Positions 16,323 through 26,249 of a DNA stretch of 39,179 nucleotides are shown here, one piece after another; positions within the stretch are counted from its first letter, which is position 1, and each line of letters starts with the position of its first letter. The translations under genes were made by a program, and so were the position numbers. The stretch is from a virus. The stretch lies in the IMG/VR virus record IMGVR_UViG_3300029479_000010; one strand, 5' to 3'. The notes beneath the pieces are model-generated. The model ran no database searches. It saw only the letters and a program-made list of their open reading frames with translations, and was not told the origin of the DNA.

Positions 16323-17857
16323 TGGCAGAGACACAACGGACAGAAACAGCAAAAGCTCTTTATGAGCGCTTAGTGTCTGAAAGGTCTCCATATGTAACCA
16401 GGGCGGAAGAGTGTGCAAAGTATACGATACCCTCATTGTTTCCTAAAACGGGAGCAGGGGCGTCTACAACGTTTGACACACCGTACCAGTCTGTAGGGGC
16501 ACGGGGGGTAAATAATTTAGCGTCAAAACTGATGTTAGCCTTATTTCCTCCTAATGCCCCTTTTTTTAGGTTGTCTCCAGGTCAGGAAGCACAAAAAGAC
16601 CTGGAAGCAAAACCTGAATTAAAGACACGGGTAGAACAGGTGCTAATGCAAAAGGAGCATCAGCTGGCAGACTATGGAGAGACACATCAGTACAGGGTGA
16701 CCCTTGCTGAAGCCATAAAGGTACTTATTGTTACAGGCAATGACCTTTTGTTCCTTCCGCCAAAAGAAGAAGGAATGAAGCTGTATAAGTTAAATTCTTA
16801 TGTGGTACAGCGTGATGCCTTAGGGAATGTTATTCAGCTTGTTACTTTAGATAAGATAGCCTATGCCGCCCTCCCAGATGACATTCAGTCCTTGGTGGAC
16901 GGAAAGGGGCAGACAAAAAAGCCAGAAGATATCATTGAGGTTTACACACATGTTTACCGTGAAGATGATAAATTTTTGTCTTATCAGGAAGTAGATGGGC
17001 AGACAGTTCCAGGTTCAGAGCAGTCTTTTCCATTATTAAAGACCCCTTGGATACCACTGCGCATGGTAAAGGTAGATGGGGAGTCTTATGGGCGGTCTTT
17101 CGTGGAAGAGTATTTAGGGGACTTGAAGTCTCTTGAGGGGCTTTCTAAGGCCATTGTGGAGACAGCAGCCATTGCGGCGAATGTCTTGTTCTTGGTAAAC
17201 CCTAACGGGATTACAAGGCCATATAAACTGTCTAAGGCACAGAGCGGTGAATTTGTACCAGGCAGAAAAGAAGACATTCATGCTCTACAGCTGGAGAAAT
17301 ATGCAGATTTGCAGGTAGTTAATGCTACCATCCAGAATATTGAGTCAAGATTGTCTTATGCCTTTATGCTAAATAGTGCCGTGCAGCGAAACGGGGAGCG
17401 TGTAACTGCCGAAGAAATTCGATATGTAGCATCTGAATTGGAAGACACCCTTGGTGGTGTCTATTCTATTTTGTCTCAAGAGCTCCAGCTGCCTTTGGTA
17501 AGGCGCATGCTGGCACAGCTGGCTGCAACAGGACAGATGCCTGATTTACCAGAAGACCTGGTAGAACCCACGATTACTACAGGGTTAGAAGCCCTTGGAC
17601 GTGGACACGATTTAAATAAGCTGACAACATTTATGCAGCTGATTGCCCAGAACCCCGAACAGGCAAAAGCCATTAAGTGGAATGAAATGACCCTTATGGA
17701 AGCTAATGCGCTTGGTTTGGATGTATCTGGTTTAGTCAAGACTGAAGAAGAAATGCAGCAGGAATTACAACAACAGCAGATGGCCGAGATGGCTACAAGA
17801 GCAGCCCCACAGATGGCACAGGGGGCAATGAATAATGCACAAGGAGGTAACGTATAA
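16322..17857 (+). CDS. Portal (head-tail connector) protein (T7 gp8 homologue)
   Basis: 511 aa. Long colinear identity to T7 gp8, e.g. LNSAVQRNGERVTAEEIRYVASELEDTLGGVYSILSQELQLPLVR. Confidence 0.95.
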   Translation: MAETQRTETAKALYERLVSERSPYVTRAEECAKYTIPSLFPKTGAGASTTFDTPYQSVGARGVNNLASKLMLALFPPNAPFFRLSPGQEAQKDLEAKPELKTRVEQVLMQKEHQLADYGETHQYRVTLAEAIKVLIVTGNDLLFLPPKEEGMKLYKLNSYVVQRDALGNVIQLVTLDKIAYAALPDDIQSLVDGKGQTKKPEDIIEVYTHVYREDDKFLSYQEVDGQTVPGSEQSFPLLKTPWIPLRMVKVDGESYGRSFVEEYLGDLKSLEGLSKAIVETAAIAANVLFLVNPNGITRPYKLSKAQSGEFVPGRKEDIHALQLEKYADLQVVNATIQNIESRLSYAFMLNSAVQRNGERVTAEEIRYVASELEDTLGGVYSILSQELQLPLVRRMLAQLAATGQMPDLPEDLVEPTITTGLEALGRGHDLNKLTTFMQLIAQNPEQAKAIKWNEMTLMEANALGLDVSGLVKTEEEMQQELQQQQMAEMATRAAPQMAQGAMNNAQGGNV

Positions 17858-17859
17858 AA

Positions 17860-18675
17860 ATGGAGAATGATAATACCGTCCAGGTGGCGGATAGTGACAA
17901 TGGGTCTCTTTATGGTCCTAATGCGGTCACAGGGGGCGCAGAAGATGCCCTTAAAGGACACGAAGATGTAGAAATTAAGACATCAGATACAAAGAATGTC
18001 TCCGTTAAAGAAACGGATGATGAAGGCAACAAAAAGGAAGTAAAAAAAGAAGCTGACAAAGAGGATACCAAAAAGTCTCCAAAAGGTGACAAAAAGGACC
18101 CTAAAGAGAAAACAGTTGAGCAGCGCATTACAGACCAGAAACAGGCAGAAGAAGATGTCATTAAAGACCTTACTGCTAAGGGGGTTGATTTTGATGGAAT
18201 GTCTAAAGAGTATGAAGACAACGGTGAATTGTCTGAAGACAGCTACAAAGCCCTGGAGAAAGCTGGGTATCCGAAGAGTGTTGTGGATGCTTACATTGCT
18301 GGTCTGGAAGCAACGGTAACGGCATATAGGGATGCTGTCTTTGAAGCCGCAGGCGGTGAAGATGAATATGACCGCATTGTGGCCTATGTAGGTGGATTGT
18401 CTGATGCACAGATTAATGCATTTAATCATGCGATTGATGCAGGAGATGTGACACAGCTGTCCGTCATGTTTGAGGGGTATAAGGCACAAATGGAGCAGAA
18501 GTATGGTACAGCGAACCGTACTGTTCTGGGTGGTGGTAATTCTGGAAAGGCGCAGGAGGGATATGCATCGAAAGCAGAGATGGTAAAAGCAATGAGAGAC
18601 CCCCGCTATACCAGAGATAAAGCCTACACAGAAGAAGTACAGCGCAAGACCATGCACTCAAACTTCATTGGCTAA
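17860..18675 (+). CDS. Capsid assembly (scaffolding) protein (T7 gp9-like)
   Basis: 271 aa, highly acidic and Lys/Glu-rich, sitting between portal and capsid. Confidence 0.8.
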   Translation: MENDNTVQVADSDNGSLYGPNAVTGGAEDALKGHEDVEIKTSDTKNVSVKETDDEGNKKEVKKEADKEDTKKSPKGDKKDPKEKTVEQRITDQKQAEEDVIKDLTAKGVDFDGMSKEYEDNGELSEDSYKALEKAGYPKSVVDAYIAGLEATVTAYRDAVFEAAGGEDEYDRIVAYVGGLSDAQINAFNHAIDAGDVTQLSVMFEGYKAQMEQKYGTANRTVLGGGNSGKAQEGYASKAEMVKAMRDPRYTRDKAYTEEVQRKTMHSNFIG

Positions 18676-18694
18676 TACTATTTTTATTTTGGTT

Positions 18695-18743
18695 TAGGAG
18701 CAATATGCTCCTCTTTTTTATTGTAAAGGAGAATATTTAATTG
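18695..18743 (+). promoter_or_regulatory. Hairpin aggagca-atat-tgctcct followed by cttttttatt. An 11-codon mini-ORF (ATG 18705 .. TAA 18740) abuts the capsid TTG start.
   Basis: 7-bp stem and T run read directly. AGGAG sits 4 nt before ATG 18705. The stop codon is immediately followed by the capsid TTG at 18741. Confidence 0.4.
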
Positions 18744-19712
18744 CCGAACGTAACTGTAGCAGAACCTGGTAAAGGCCAGGGAGGGACAGACTCCCTTGAA
18801 ATGTACCTGAAGGTATTTGCAGGAGAAACAATTACAGCTTTTGAGAGAGCTTCCGTAACTAACGGGAGACACATTTTGAGAACGATTTCCAGCGGAAAAT
18901 CGGCACAATTTCCTGTGTTTGGGCGGGCATCCGCTGACTACCTGAAACCTGGTAAGTCTCTGGATGATATCCGTAAGAACATTCCTGGGGCGGAAAAGAA
19001 CATTCTAATTGATGGCCTTTTGACCACATCCCAGATGATTACGGACATTGATGAAGCCTTGAAGCACTATGATGTCCGCAGCGAATACTCCAGACAGATG
19101 GGTGAAGCCCTGGCGATGGCCGCAGATGGGGCTGTCCTTGCAGAGGCCGCTAAGATGGTGGTAGCCAACAAGGAGAACATCACTGGTTTGGGTAAAGGGG
19201 AGATTATGCAGCTGACCACAGCAGCAGACATCACAGAAGCCTTTGGTAAGGAACTGGTGTCTTCTCTGCTGAACGTCAAAGCGAAGATGTCCCAGAACTA
19301 TGTTCCTGCATCTGACCGCTATGTGTTCATGACCCCTGTGGGCGTAAATGCCCTTGTTGCGTCCCTTGTGGCTATTAATCGTGACTATGGGGCAGTAGCA
19401 ACCATTACGGAAGGAAATGTCCTCCGTGTGGCTGGTTTTGACATTATTGAAACCCCGCACCTTACGGCTGGTGGAGCAGCAAAGAATGATGGTGTACTCC
19501 AGGGAGACGGCCATGTATTCCCCGCAGCTTATGCAGCTAAGGCGGTTTACATTGCTATGCACCGTTCCGCAGTGGGCACCGTTAAGCTGAAAGACCTTGC
19601 ACTGGAAAAAGCACGCCGTGCTGAATACCAGGCAGACATGCTTGTAGCATCCTATGCTATGGGTCATGGTGGTCTTCGGCCTGAAGCGGTCTTCATGGGC
19701 GCAACGAAGTAA
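18741..19712 (+). CDS. Major capsid protein (T7 gp10A homologue)
   Basis: 323 aa. LKVFAGETITAFERASVTNGRHILRTISSGKSAQFPVFGR matches T7 LKVFGGEVLTAFARTSVTTSRHMVRSISSGKSAQFPVLGR. TTG start with AAGGAG at 18727..18732. Confidence 0.95.
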   Translation: MPNVTVAEPGKGQGGTDSLEMYLKVFAGETITAFERASVTNGRHILRTISSGKSAQFPVFGRASADYLKPGKSLDDIRKNIPGAEKNILIDGLLTTSQMITDIDEALKHYDVRSEYSRQMGEALAMAADGAVLAEAAKMVVANKENITGLGKGEIMQLTTAADITEAFGKELVSSLLNVKAKMSQNYVPASDRYVFMTPVGVNALVASLVAINRDYGAVATITEGNVLRVAGFDIIETPHLTAGGAAKNDGVLQGDGHVFPAAYAAKAVYIAMHRSAVGTVKLKDLALEKARRAEYQADMLVASYAMGHGGLRPEAVFMGATK

Positions 19713-19725
19713 GACACAGGTAACA

Positions 19726-19747
19726 GGAGGGAGCCTTAAATCCCTCC
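19726..19747 (+). terminator. Perfect 7-bp stem hairpin ggaggga-gccttaaa-tccctcc just after the capsid stop (T-phi-like position) and 5 nt before the tRNA
   Basis: Stem read directly. The tail AUUAUAGG is only weakly U-rich, so it may be a processing site rather than a terminator. Confidence 0.35.
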
Positions 19748-19752
19748 ATTAT

Positions 19753-19827
19753 AGGCCAGTAGTTTAATGGAAAAATGGTGGTCTCCAAAACCATAAGATG
19801 TGGGTTCGAGTCCTACCTGGCCTGCCA
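19753..19827 (+). tRNA. tRNA-Trp (anticodon CCA)
   Basis: Manual fold. Acceptor stem aggccag/ctggcct, D-loop with GG, anticodon stem ggtgt-like/acca with loop cuCCAaa (U33, A37), T-arm gtggg-TTCGAGT-cctac, discriminator G, encoded CCA. 75 nt. Confidence 0.75.
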
Positions 19828-19851
19828 TATTTAAAAGAAAAGGAGCAATAG

Positions 19852-20406
19852 ATGACAGAATTAGATGCTGTAAATGAAATGTTAGGTGTCATTGGGGAAC
19901 CCCCTGTGAACACATTGGAAGTAATTGAAAACGTTGATGTAGCAAATGCCTTGCGTATCTTACACAAGACAAGCCGCTATGTGCAGTCAAAGGGGTGGGC
20001 CTGGAATACATGGGCATCTTATCTTTTTAATCCTGATGTCTATACAAATAAAATCAGGTGGTCTGATAATATTTTATTCTTGGTAGGGACAGACGGAACT
20101 AAATATGTGCAGCGTGATGGGTATGTTTTTGATGTGGACAATCAGACAGATATATTTGAACAGCCTATAGAAACCACGGTAGTTCTTTATATTGACATCG
20201 AGAACCTACTTGACCCTATTGCACACTATATTGTAGCTAAAGCATCCCGAAAGTTTCAAAATGAGACATTAGGAGATGACAGCTTAGACAATTCTTTAGG
20301 GGAAGCCGAACAGGAAGCATGGGTGGCATTGCAGGAGTATGAGATGCAGATAGGTACCTATAATGCCAATAGAATGACCTATGTCCAGCAGTTACAGGGG
20401 AGGTAA
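19852..20406 (+). CDS. Tail tubular protein A (T7 gp11 homologue)
   Basis: ELDAVNEMLGVIGEPPVNTLE matches T7 [26 protein letters not shown] SD. Confidence 0.92.
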   Translation: MTELDAVNEMLGVIGEPPVNTLEVIENVDVANALRILHKTSRYVQSKGWAWNTWASYLFNPDVYTNKIRWSDNILFLVGTDGTKYVQRDGYVFDVDNQTDIFEQPIETTVVLYIDIENLLDPIAHYIVAKASRKFQNETLGDDSLDNSLGEAEQEAWVALQEYEMQIGTYNANRMTYVQQLQGR

Positions 20407-20407
20407 G

Positions 20408-22774
20408 ATGAGCAGAATATCACAGACAGTAAAGAACCTGGTAGCAGGTATTTCACAGCAGCCAGCATTATTGCGTCTCCCCGAACAATTAGAGACACAG
20501 GTAAATGGTTTTTCTACTGAAGCTTCTGGGCTACAGAAAAGACCACCTACATGCTATATTGCTGACTTAGGTGCTCCCTTTGCTAACCCTGAGCCACTGG
20601 TACACATTGCAAACCGTGATGAAGATGAGCGGTACATGATGATATTTGATGGTACAGGGGTGTCTATTTATGACCTTCATGGCAACAAGAAGACAGTCAA
20701 GTATGAGGGGAATGCACAGCAGTATCTGACGGTGTCTAAGCCTCGCACACAGTTGCGGCTGGTTACTATTGCAGATTACACATTTATTGTTAATCGGAAC
20801 TTTAAAGTGACAATGAGTGACAAAAAGGTATCTTCAACATGGGATGACCATGCTTGTCTCATAAATGTTAAATCAGGGCAATATGGGCGCACCTATACTA
20901 TTTTTATTAATGGAGAAAATGTTGCGTCTTTTACAACACCTAATGGGGATAATGCAGAGGATGCAAAGAAGATAGATACCAATTTTATTCGGGACCGCTT
21001 AGCAGAAAAGGCACGAGAAAAAGGGTGGCAGACACAGCTGGTAAATTCTGCATTTTACATGAGGAAAGAAGATATACACATAAACTCTTGTTCATGTGAT
21101 GATGGCTTTAATGGTAATGCCCTATTTGCTATCTTTCATTCAGTACAAAAGTTTACAAATTTACCAGTGACAGCTGTACAGGGATATACGGTGAAGGTTA
21201 TTGGGAACAGTGGCTCTGATGCAGATGATTATTATGTATCATATGACGCAACCGATAATGTATGGAAAGAATGTGCAAGACCTGGCATACTTGCAGGCTT
21301 TAATAATTCAACGATGCCACATACATTGGTCAGAAACGCAGATGGGTCTTTTACCATTAAAGAGGTTTCCTGGGATGAGCGAAAATCGGGTGATGATGAC
21401 TCAAACCCCCACCCATCTTTTGTAAACAACAATATTAACGATATCTTTTTATTTAGAAACAGGCTTGGTGTCTTATCTGGAGAAAATGTTATCTTGTCAC
21501 GTTCTGCCTCCTTTTTTGACTTTTGGGGGGCATCAGCAGTAGAAGTACAGGATACAGACCCCATTGATTTAGCGGTGTCTGATAACCAGGTGTCCATTTT
21601 GTACCATGCGGTACCCTTTTCAACAGACCTGGTGTTGTTCTCACAAAACTCACAATTCATTTTGTCTGTAGACGGCGTCTTATCCCCACAGAATGCTTCC
21701 GTGCCACATACCACATCCTTTGCGTGTGATGTGGCGGTTGCCCCAAAAACAGTGGGGAGACGCATTTACTTTATTGTAAAGAGAGCACTATACTCCAGCG
21801 TAAGGGAATACTATACAATGGATGATACCCGTGGGACTAAAGACGCACAGGACATTACATCACATGTCCCATCGTTATTAAAGAATGGTATTTATGATAT
21901 TTATTCTTGTGGCAATGAAAACATTGTATTACTGCCGTCTGTGGGGGATACCTCAAAATTATATGTATATAAATTCCTCTTTACAGACGATGAACGATTA
22001 CAGTCTTCTTGGTCTTATTGGGAATTTGATAAAGCCGCTGTTTTAGGTGGGGGCTTTATTGGGTCTGAACTGTACCTTTTATTAAACAGAGACAATCAAT
22101 TATTTATGGAGAAGGTAATATTTACTTACAACACAAAGGATTATGAAGATGAACCTTATAGGGTCTTTTTGGACAGAAAGGCAATTACTGCCCCCATTCC
22201 AGCAGCAAACTATGATGACATTAATCACCAGACTATTTTGCACCTTGGGGCTTCTTATAACCATGCTGTGCCTGATGGTACTTACTATGGTGTAGTAACC
22301 CCCGATAAGCACTATTTTGAGTTTTCCGCCGAAGACGTAAAGGCAGATAAATGTTACCTTCATGGGAACTACGTGGGACAAAAGGTGACAATAGGACAGG
22401 TTTACACTTTTAGAATTGATTTTTCTACTATTTACGTCAAACGTAAAACAGACGCAGGGGTTGTGGCTGATGATGAGGGCCGTCTCCAGTTGACCAATGC
22501 AAAGATAAATTTTGAAGAGACAGGAGTATTTGAAGTTAAGGTGTCTCATAAAGACAACAGGGCAGACAATAAATATTATCATACAGGGCGTGTCTTAGGG
22601 CAGGCTGCAAACAAACTGGGCATCATCCCGTTAGAGACAGGGGCGATGCTTTTTCCAATTATGTCTGTTAATTCAAATTGTATTATTTCAATTAGTTCCA
22701 GGGCGCCTACACCTGTTTCCTTAATGGAATGGACGTGGTCTGGAAATTATCAGAAAAGGACACACAGTATATGA
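20408..22774 (+). CDS. Tail tubular protein B (T7 gp12 homologue)
   Basis: MSRISQTVKNLVAGISQQPALLRLP matches T7 MALISQSIKNLKGGISQQPDILRYP. ATG 20408 with GGGAGG SD. The track's 20381 start is an upstream extension. Confidence 0.93.
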   Translation: MSRISQTVKNLVAGISQQPALLRLPEQLETQVNGFSTEASGLQKRPPTCYIADLGAPFANPEPLVHIANRDEDERYMMIFDGTGVSIYDLHGNKKTVKYEGNAQQYLTVSKPRTQLRLVTIADYTFIVNRNFKVTMSDKKVSSTWDDHACLINVKSGQYGRTYTIFINGENVASFTTPNGDNAEDAKKIDTNFIRDRLAEKAREKGWQTQLVNSAFYMRKEDIHINSCSCDDGFNGNALFAIFHSVQKFTNLPVTAVQGYTVKVIGNSGSDADDYYVSYDATDNVWKECARPGILAGFNNSTMPHTLVRNADGSFTIKEVSWDERKSGDDDSNPHPSFVNNNINDIFLFRNRLGVLSGENVILSRSASFFDFWGASAVEVQDTDPIDLAVSDNQVSILYHAVPFSTDLVLFSQNSQFILSVDGVLSPQNASVPHTTSFACDVAVAPKTVGRRIYFIVKRALYSSVREYYTMDDTRGTKDAQDITSHVPSLLKNGIYDIYSCGNENIVLLPSVGDTSKLYVYKFLFTDDERLQSSWSYWEFDKAAVLGGGFIGSELYLLLNRDNQLFMEKVIFTYNTKDYEDEPYRVFLDRKAITAPIPAANYDDINHQTILHLGASYNHAVPDGTYYGVVTPDKHYFEFSAEDVKADKCYLHGNYVGQKVTIGQVYTFRIDFSTIYVKRKTDAGVVADDEGRLQLTNAKINFEETGVFEVKVSHKDNRADNKYYHTGRVLGQAANKLGIIPLETGAMLFPIMSVNSNCIISISSRAPTPVSLMEWTWSGNYQKRTHSI

Positions 22775-23289
22775 TAGCTATTATGCCAGCAACGAAAGAA
22801 CAGCTGCATTATTTTGCACAACATATCCGAAAAGCGGATGCTCAAGAAGTTTTTCATGCTACGGGAATTTATGATAGGACACATCTTTATGTTACTTTAT
22901 GTCACTTAAAGGGTGTCATGGCTGTTACATTGTCTGATGGTTCTTTGTTGGGTATTGGGGGAATAGAAACAATTAATGAAGACACAGCAAAAGTATGGCT
23001 ATTACTGACTACAAACGTAGAGAAGCATAAAATAGAATTTATCAGGTGGTCTAAAGGTTTTAAAGAGGTTCTTTTACAGCACTACAGAGTAATTACAAAT
23101 GTGGTGTGGTTATGCAATTATACACATGTGGTCTATTTGAATTACTTAGGGGCCCGTTGGAGACGCTTAAAGGGCAACTGGGGTACATTTACAATTACAC
23201 GAGAAGAGAAGGTGAAAGACACAGATGTGCACATGGGCAGTCGCAGGACAGATGGCCTTACAAGCCTGGGGCATACGACAAAGGAATAA
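22771..23289 (+). CDS. Internal virion protein A (gp13-like)
   Basis: Positional homologue. ATG 22771 overlaps the gp12 stop (ATGA). It overlaps the gp14 start by 65 nt. Confidence 0.65.
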   Translation: MIAIMPATKEQLHYFAQHIRKADAQEVFHATGIYDRTHLYVTLCHLKGVMAVTLSDGSLLGIGGIETINEDTAKVWLLLTTNVEKHKIEFIRWSKGFKEVLLQHYRVITNVVWLCNYTHVVYLNYLGARWRRLKGNWGTFTITREEKVKDTDVHMGSRRTDGLTSLGHTTKE

Positions 23290-23926
23290 AGCAGCCGCAC
23301 AGGCCGCAAACATGAAGATGACAGGTGCTGTGCAGGAAATGAACTATGCTTTTCAAAACTATGAACAGGAAAGGCGAGACTCTTATGAGGCGGCTGTTAA
23401 TGATATTATAAAAACCCGTATTAATCAGATGCAGTTAAATTCTTCTGTCCAGGCGGCTATTGCAGAAGGCATGGCTGGGGGTGGAAGGACAGCTGACCGT
23501 CTGATTAGGGCAGGTGAAGCAGACACAGCCAGAGCCGTTGGGTCTATTCAGGATAACTATAGCCGTAAGAGTAATGAGATTGACTTGAATAAAGAAACCA
23601 CGGCTTTGTCTACTAAAGAATATATTGCTAACACCTATGCACAGGCTAAGCCCGATAAGATAGGTGATTTAATGTCTTTAGCTGCTACAGGCCTAAAAGG
23701 CTTTGCCGCACAGAAAGAAGCCGCAGCAACAAGTAATTATCGTAAAAACGCCACTGTGTCTCCTATTGAGACTACAAGGAACGCATTAGGTAACGATAGG
23801 GGCTGGGGTGATTATACAGGCTATAAATTGAAGACAAAGAAACAAAATGATTATAACTTTGCGTGGGAACCAAAGTATTCCAATTCACGCTTTAGAACTA
23901 TGAATAGGTTAAGGGAGGGGGTCTAA
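23225..23926 (+). CDS. Internal virion protein B (T7 gp14 homologue)
   Basis: MCTWAVAGQMALQA... resembles the T7 gp14 N-terminus MCWAAAIPIAIS. Confidence 0.8.
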   Translation: MCTWAVAGQMALQAWGIRQRNKAAAQAANMKMTGAVQEMNYAFQNYEQERRDSYEAAVNDIIKTRINQMQLNSSVQAAIAEGMAGGGRTADRLIRAGEADTARAVGSIQDNYSRKSNEIDLNKETTALSTKEYIANTYAQAKPDKIGDLMSLAATGLKGFAAQKEAAATSNYRKNATVSPIETTRNALGNDRGWGDYTGYKLKTKKQNDYNFAWEPKYSNSRFRTMNRLREGV

Positions 23927-23927
23927 G

Positions 23928-26234
23928 ATGCCTACAAACATAGCAAATGCTATTGGAACACAGCGGCAGTTTACTAAGCAGCCTGTAGCTACATATGTTT
24001 CCCGTTTAAATCCGCTACAGTCTTCCTCCCGTTATATAGATGCCCAGGCTATGCCAGGTAACCGTTTAGCCCATTCCTTAGGTATTTTTGGGGACGCTGT
24101 AGAGTCTTATATATCAGAAAGGGACAAACAGAAACAAGTAGATGCAAATAAGGTTGAGGCACTTTTAGGGGCTACCGACCCAAAATCATGGGCAACAGCC
24201 ACCTCTGCACAGCTTTTGGCACAATATGGGCAGTATCAGCTGGCAGACAACCCATATGCAGTGGCTTATATTGATAAGATGCGTGGAAAGCATATGGCCA
24301 TGTTGGCCGACCAGGAATATGCAAAACTGCGGGAAGAACAGGGAGAGCTCCCCACAGCAATGGAAGAAGCAGAGCGCTATTACTCCTTTAAGCAGTCTTA
24401 TTATCAGGATATGAAAGATAAGCTGCCTTTTGAAGTTAATATGGATAGCCTTGATGAAGGCTTTTATGAAAGCTATGAAAAGGGTCTGGTACAAAGCATC
24501 AGCTTGCAGGGTGCCCAGCGTTCAGCTAATTACAAAGCGGAGCGTGATGGCGGCTTTCAGGTGGCATTAGGGGATTTAACTCATCAGATGTCTTTGGGAA
24601 TGTCTAATGAAGATGCTACAGCAGCAGCTACCCAGAAGTTTTTAGCTATGGCTCTTAATGGTTATCAACCAGCCGAGTCTATTAAAATGGCCGAAGGCTT
24701 ACTGAAACAGGCAGCCCGTGATGTAGGGTCTCCTGATAAGATACAGGCACTGGGAGAAGCAACCTTGTATAGAGACCCAGAAACACTGGCTGATGTCAAA
24801 GTAAAAGACAAGATTGATTTACAAGACTATTTAGTCATGGCGGGGCAGTCTTCTTTTAATAAAATGAATAAATGGTCTATTGATAAGACATCTGAAATTG
24901 ATAACTTAAAGGCAGCGGGGGATACAGCGGGTCTTCAAGCTTATGCAGAAAAGTTGCAAAAGGACAGCCCACAGGGTTATCTTACACTTGAGTCTTATCT
25001 TCGCAAGGCCATAGACGCCGCCCCTGAAATAAAAGCACGTTTATTGGAAAAAGAAGCAAGGAATCATGCAAAACAGGTAAATGCAGACATAGGCGTCCGA
25101 ACAGCTAAAAAGGCTATTTATACCCTGTTGTCTGGTGGCAGGGCTGCTCTGGGCAATAATCTGACTGTACAGCAGTATGATGAGACAGGAAACATTGTTA
25201 CAAAGACAGTCTCAAAAGATGACCAGAACAGGGCAGCAGAAGAGGTATATATGGAACTCATGCAGTCTTCCGCAGACCCCGCTGTAAAAGCAAGACAAAT
25301 GATGGCTGTCTTAGACTTTGCGCCGCATGGTGCCCTTGCAGAAGGCATAAAGAACCAGGTGCATGAAGCCTTGATACACCCATCTGCATCGGCCTTAAAT
25401 GATGCTTTTTCAAAGAGCTTTGGGGGAATAACAACGGGTCTACATATGCTGGCAGCTGATACACCACGGTTTATGTCTATCTTTGGTGATGAAGACACAG
25501 CTAAAATTCAGACATTGCAGATGCTGATGGATATGAACCCAGACCCAATGAATGTAGAACAGCCTTTGGCTATGTTCATTAATGGGGCAGAAAAGCTGGC
25601 AGATAAGGTACAGAGACAGCTGTTCGAGGATGACTATATAAACATGGCCAATAACAATGCTGTGGAAACCTTAGATTATTCTACAGAAGACAATGAGAGC
25701 GTTAAGGCAGACAGGGCGTACCTTGATGACCCCTTAGTGCAGCCTTTAGCACACAATTTGTTCCTTTATGCCCGTGCATGTGGTATGGATGAAGACACAG
25801 CAACCCAGCAGGTCAATGATACAGTATCAAGAGTATTTATGACTTATAAGGGACATATTTTGCCTAAAGCGTTCTTTTCGGACATTTCGGCAGATGACAA
25901 GCTGGATGCAGGTGCTGCCACCATGAATTGGCTAAGGCATAAGACAGCTATCAATAATGCTGCATGGGGTGTAGAAGAAGACAATTTGTACTTTGAATAC
26001 AGCCGCTGGGACCATACGTTGGTCTTACGGTCTACAAATTGGGCACAGCCTGTAGCTGCCTATACCAAAGCACAGTTTACAGAGCAGTCCAATATTATGT
26101 CTGATGAATTAGCCAACGGTAATGCGACAGAGGCCACTATTATAGATAGTGAAACAAACACAGATGATACGTCAGATGATAATGATAGTATCACTGATGA
26201 CCTTTTAGATAGATTTAAGGGAATTATAGATTGA
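23928..26234 (+). CDS. Internal virion protein C (T7 gp15 homologue)
   Basis: 768 aa (T7 747), position conserved. AGGGAGGGGG SD. Confidence 0.85.
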   Translation: MPTNIANAIGTQRQFTKQPVATYVSRLNPLQSSSRYIDAQAMPGNRLAHSLGIFGDAVESYISERDKQKQVDANKVEALLGATDPKSWATATSAQLLAQYGQYQLADNPYAVAYIDKMRGKHMAMLADQEYAKLREEQGELPTAMEEAERYYSFKQSYYQDMKDKLPFEVNMDSLDEGFYESYEKGLVQSISLQGAQRSANYKAERDGGFQVALGDLTHQMSLGMSNEDATAAATQKFLAMALNGYQPAESIKMAEGLLKQAARDVGSPDKIQALGEATLYRDPETLADVKVKDKIDLQDYLVMAGQSSFNKMNKWSIDKTSEIDNLKAAGDTAGLQAYAEKLQKDSPQGYLTLESYLRKAIDAAPEIKARLLEKEARNHAKQVNADIGVRTAKKAIYTLLSGGRAALGNNLTVQQYDETGNIVTKTVSKDDQNRAAEEVYMELMQSSADPAVKARQMMAVLDFAPHGALAEGIKNQVHEALIHPSASALNDAFSKSFGGITTGLHMLAADTPRFMSIFGDEDTAKIQTLQMLMDMNPDPMNVEQPLAMFINGAEKLADKVQRQLFEDDYINMANNNAVETLDYSTEDNESVKADRAYLDDPLVQPLAHNLFLYARACGMDEDTATQQVNDTVSRVFMTYKGHILPKAFFSDISADDKLDAGAATMNWLRHKTAINNAAWGVEEDNLYFEYSRWDHTLVLRSTNWAQPVAAYTKAQFTEQSNIMSDELANGNATEATIIDSETNTDDTSDDNDSITDDLLDRFKGIID

Positions 26235-26249
26235 TAAGGAGGTGTCTAA

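Noticed and set aside
17983-18657. Long minus-strand ORFs overlapping + strand structural genes (e.g. 17983..18657, 22100..22582, 28983..29621, 19005..19667)
   Set aside because: They are fully embedded antisense to well-supported T7-homologous genes. They have no RBS and are low-complexity translations. Typical spurious ORFs.
19700-19852. T7-style -1 frameshift capsid extension (10B)
   Set aside because: Both shifted frames hit stop codons within ~12 codons of the capsid stop. The space is occupied by a hairpin and the tRNA gene.
19764-19967. Minus-strand 67-aa ORF overlapping the tRNA-Trp and the start of gp11
   Set aside because: It overlaps a well-folded tRNA and the gp11 ribosome-binding site, and it has no RBS of its own.
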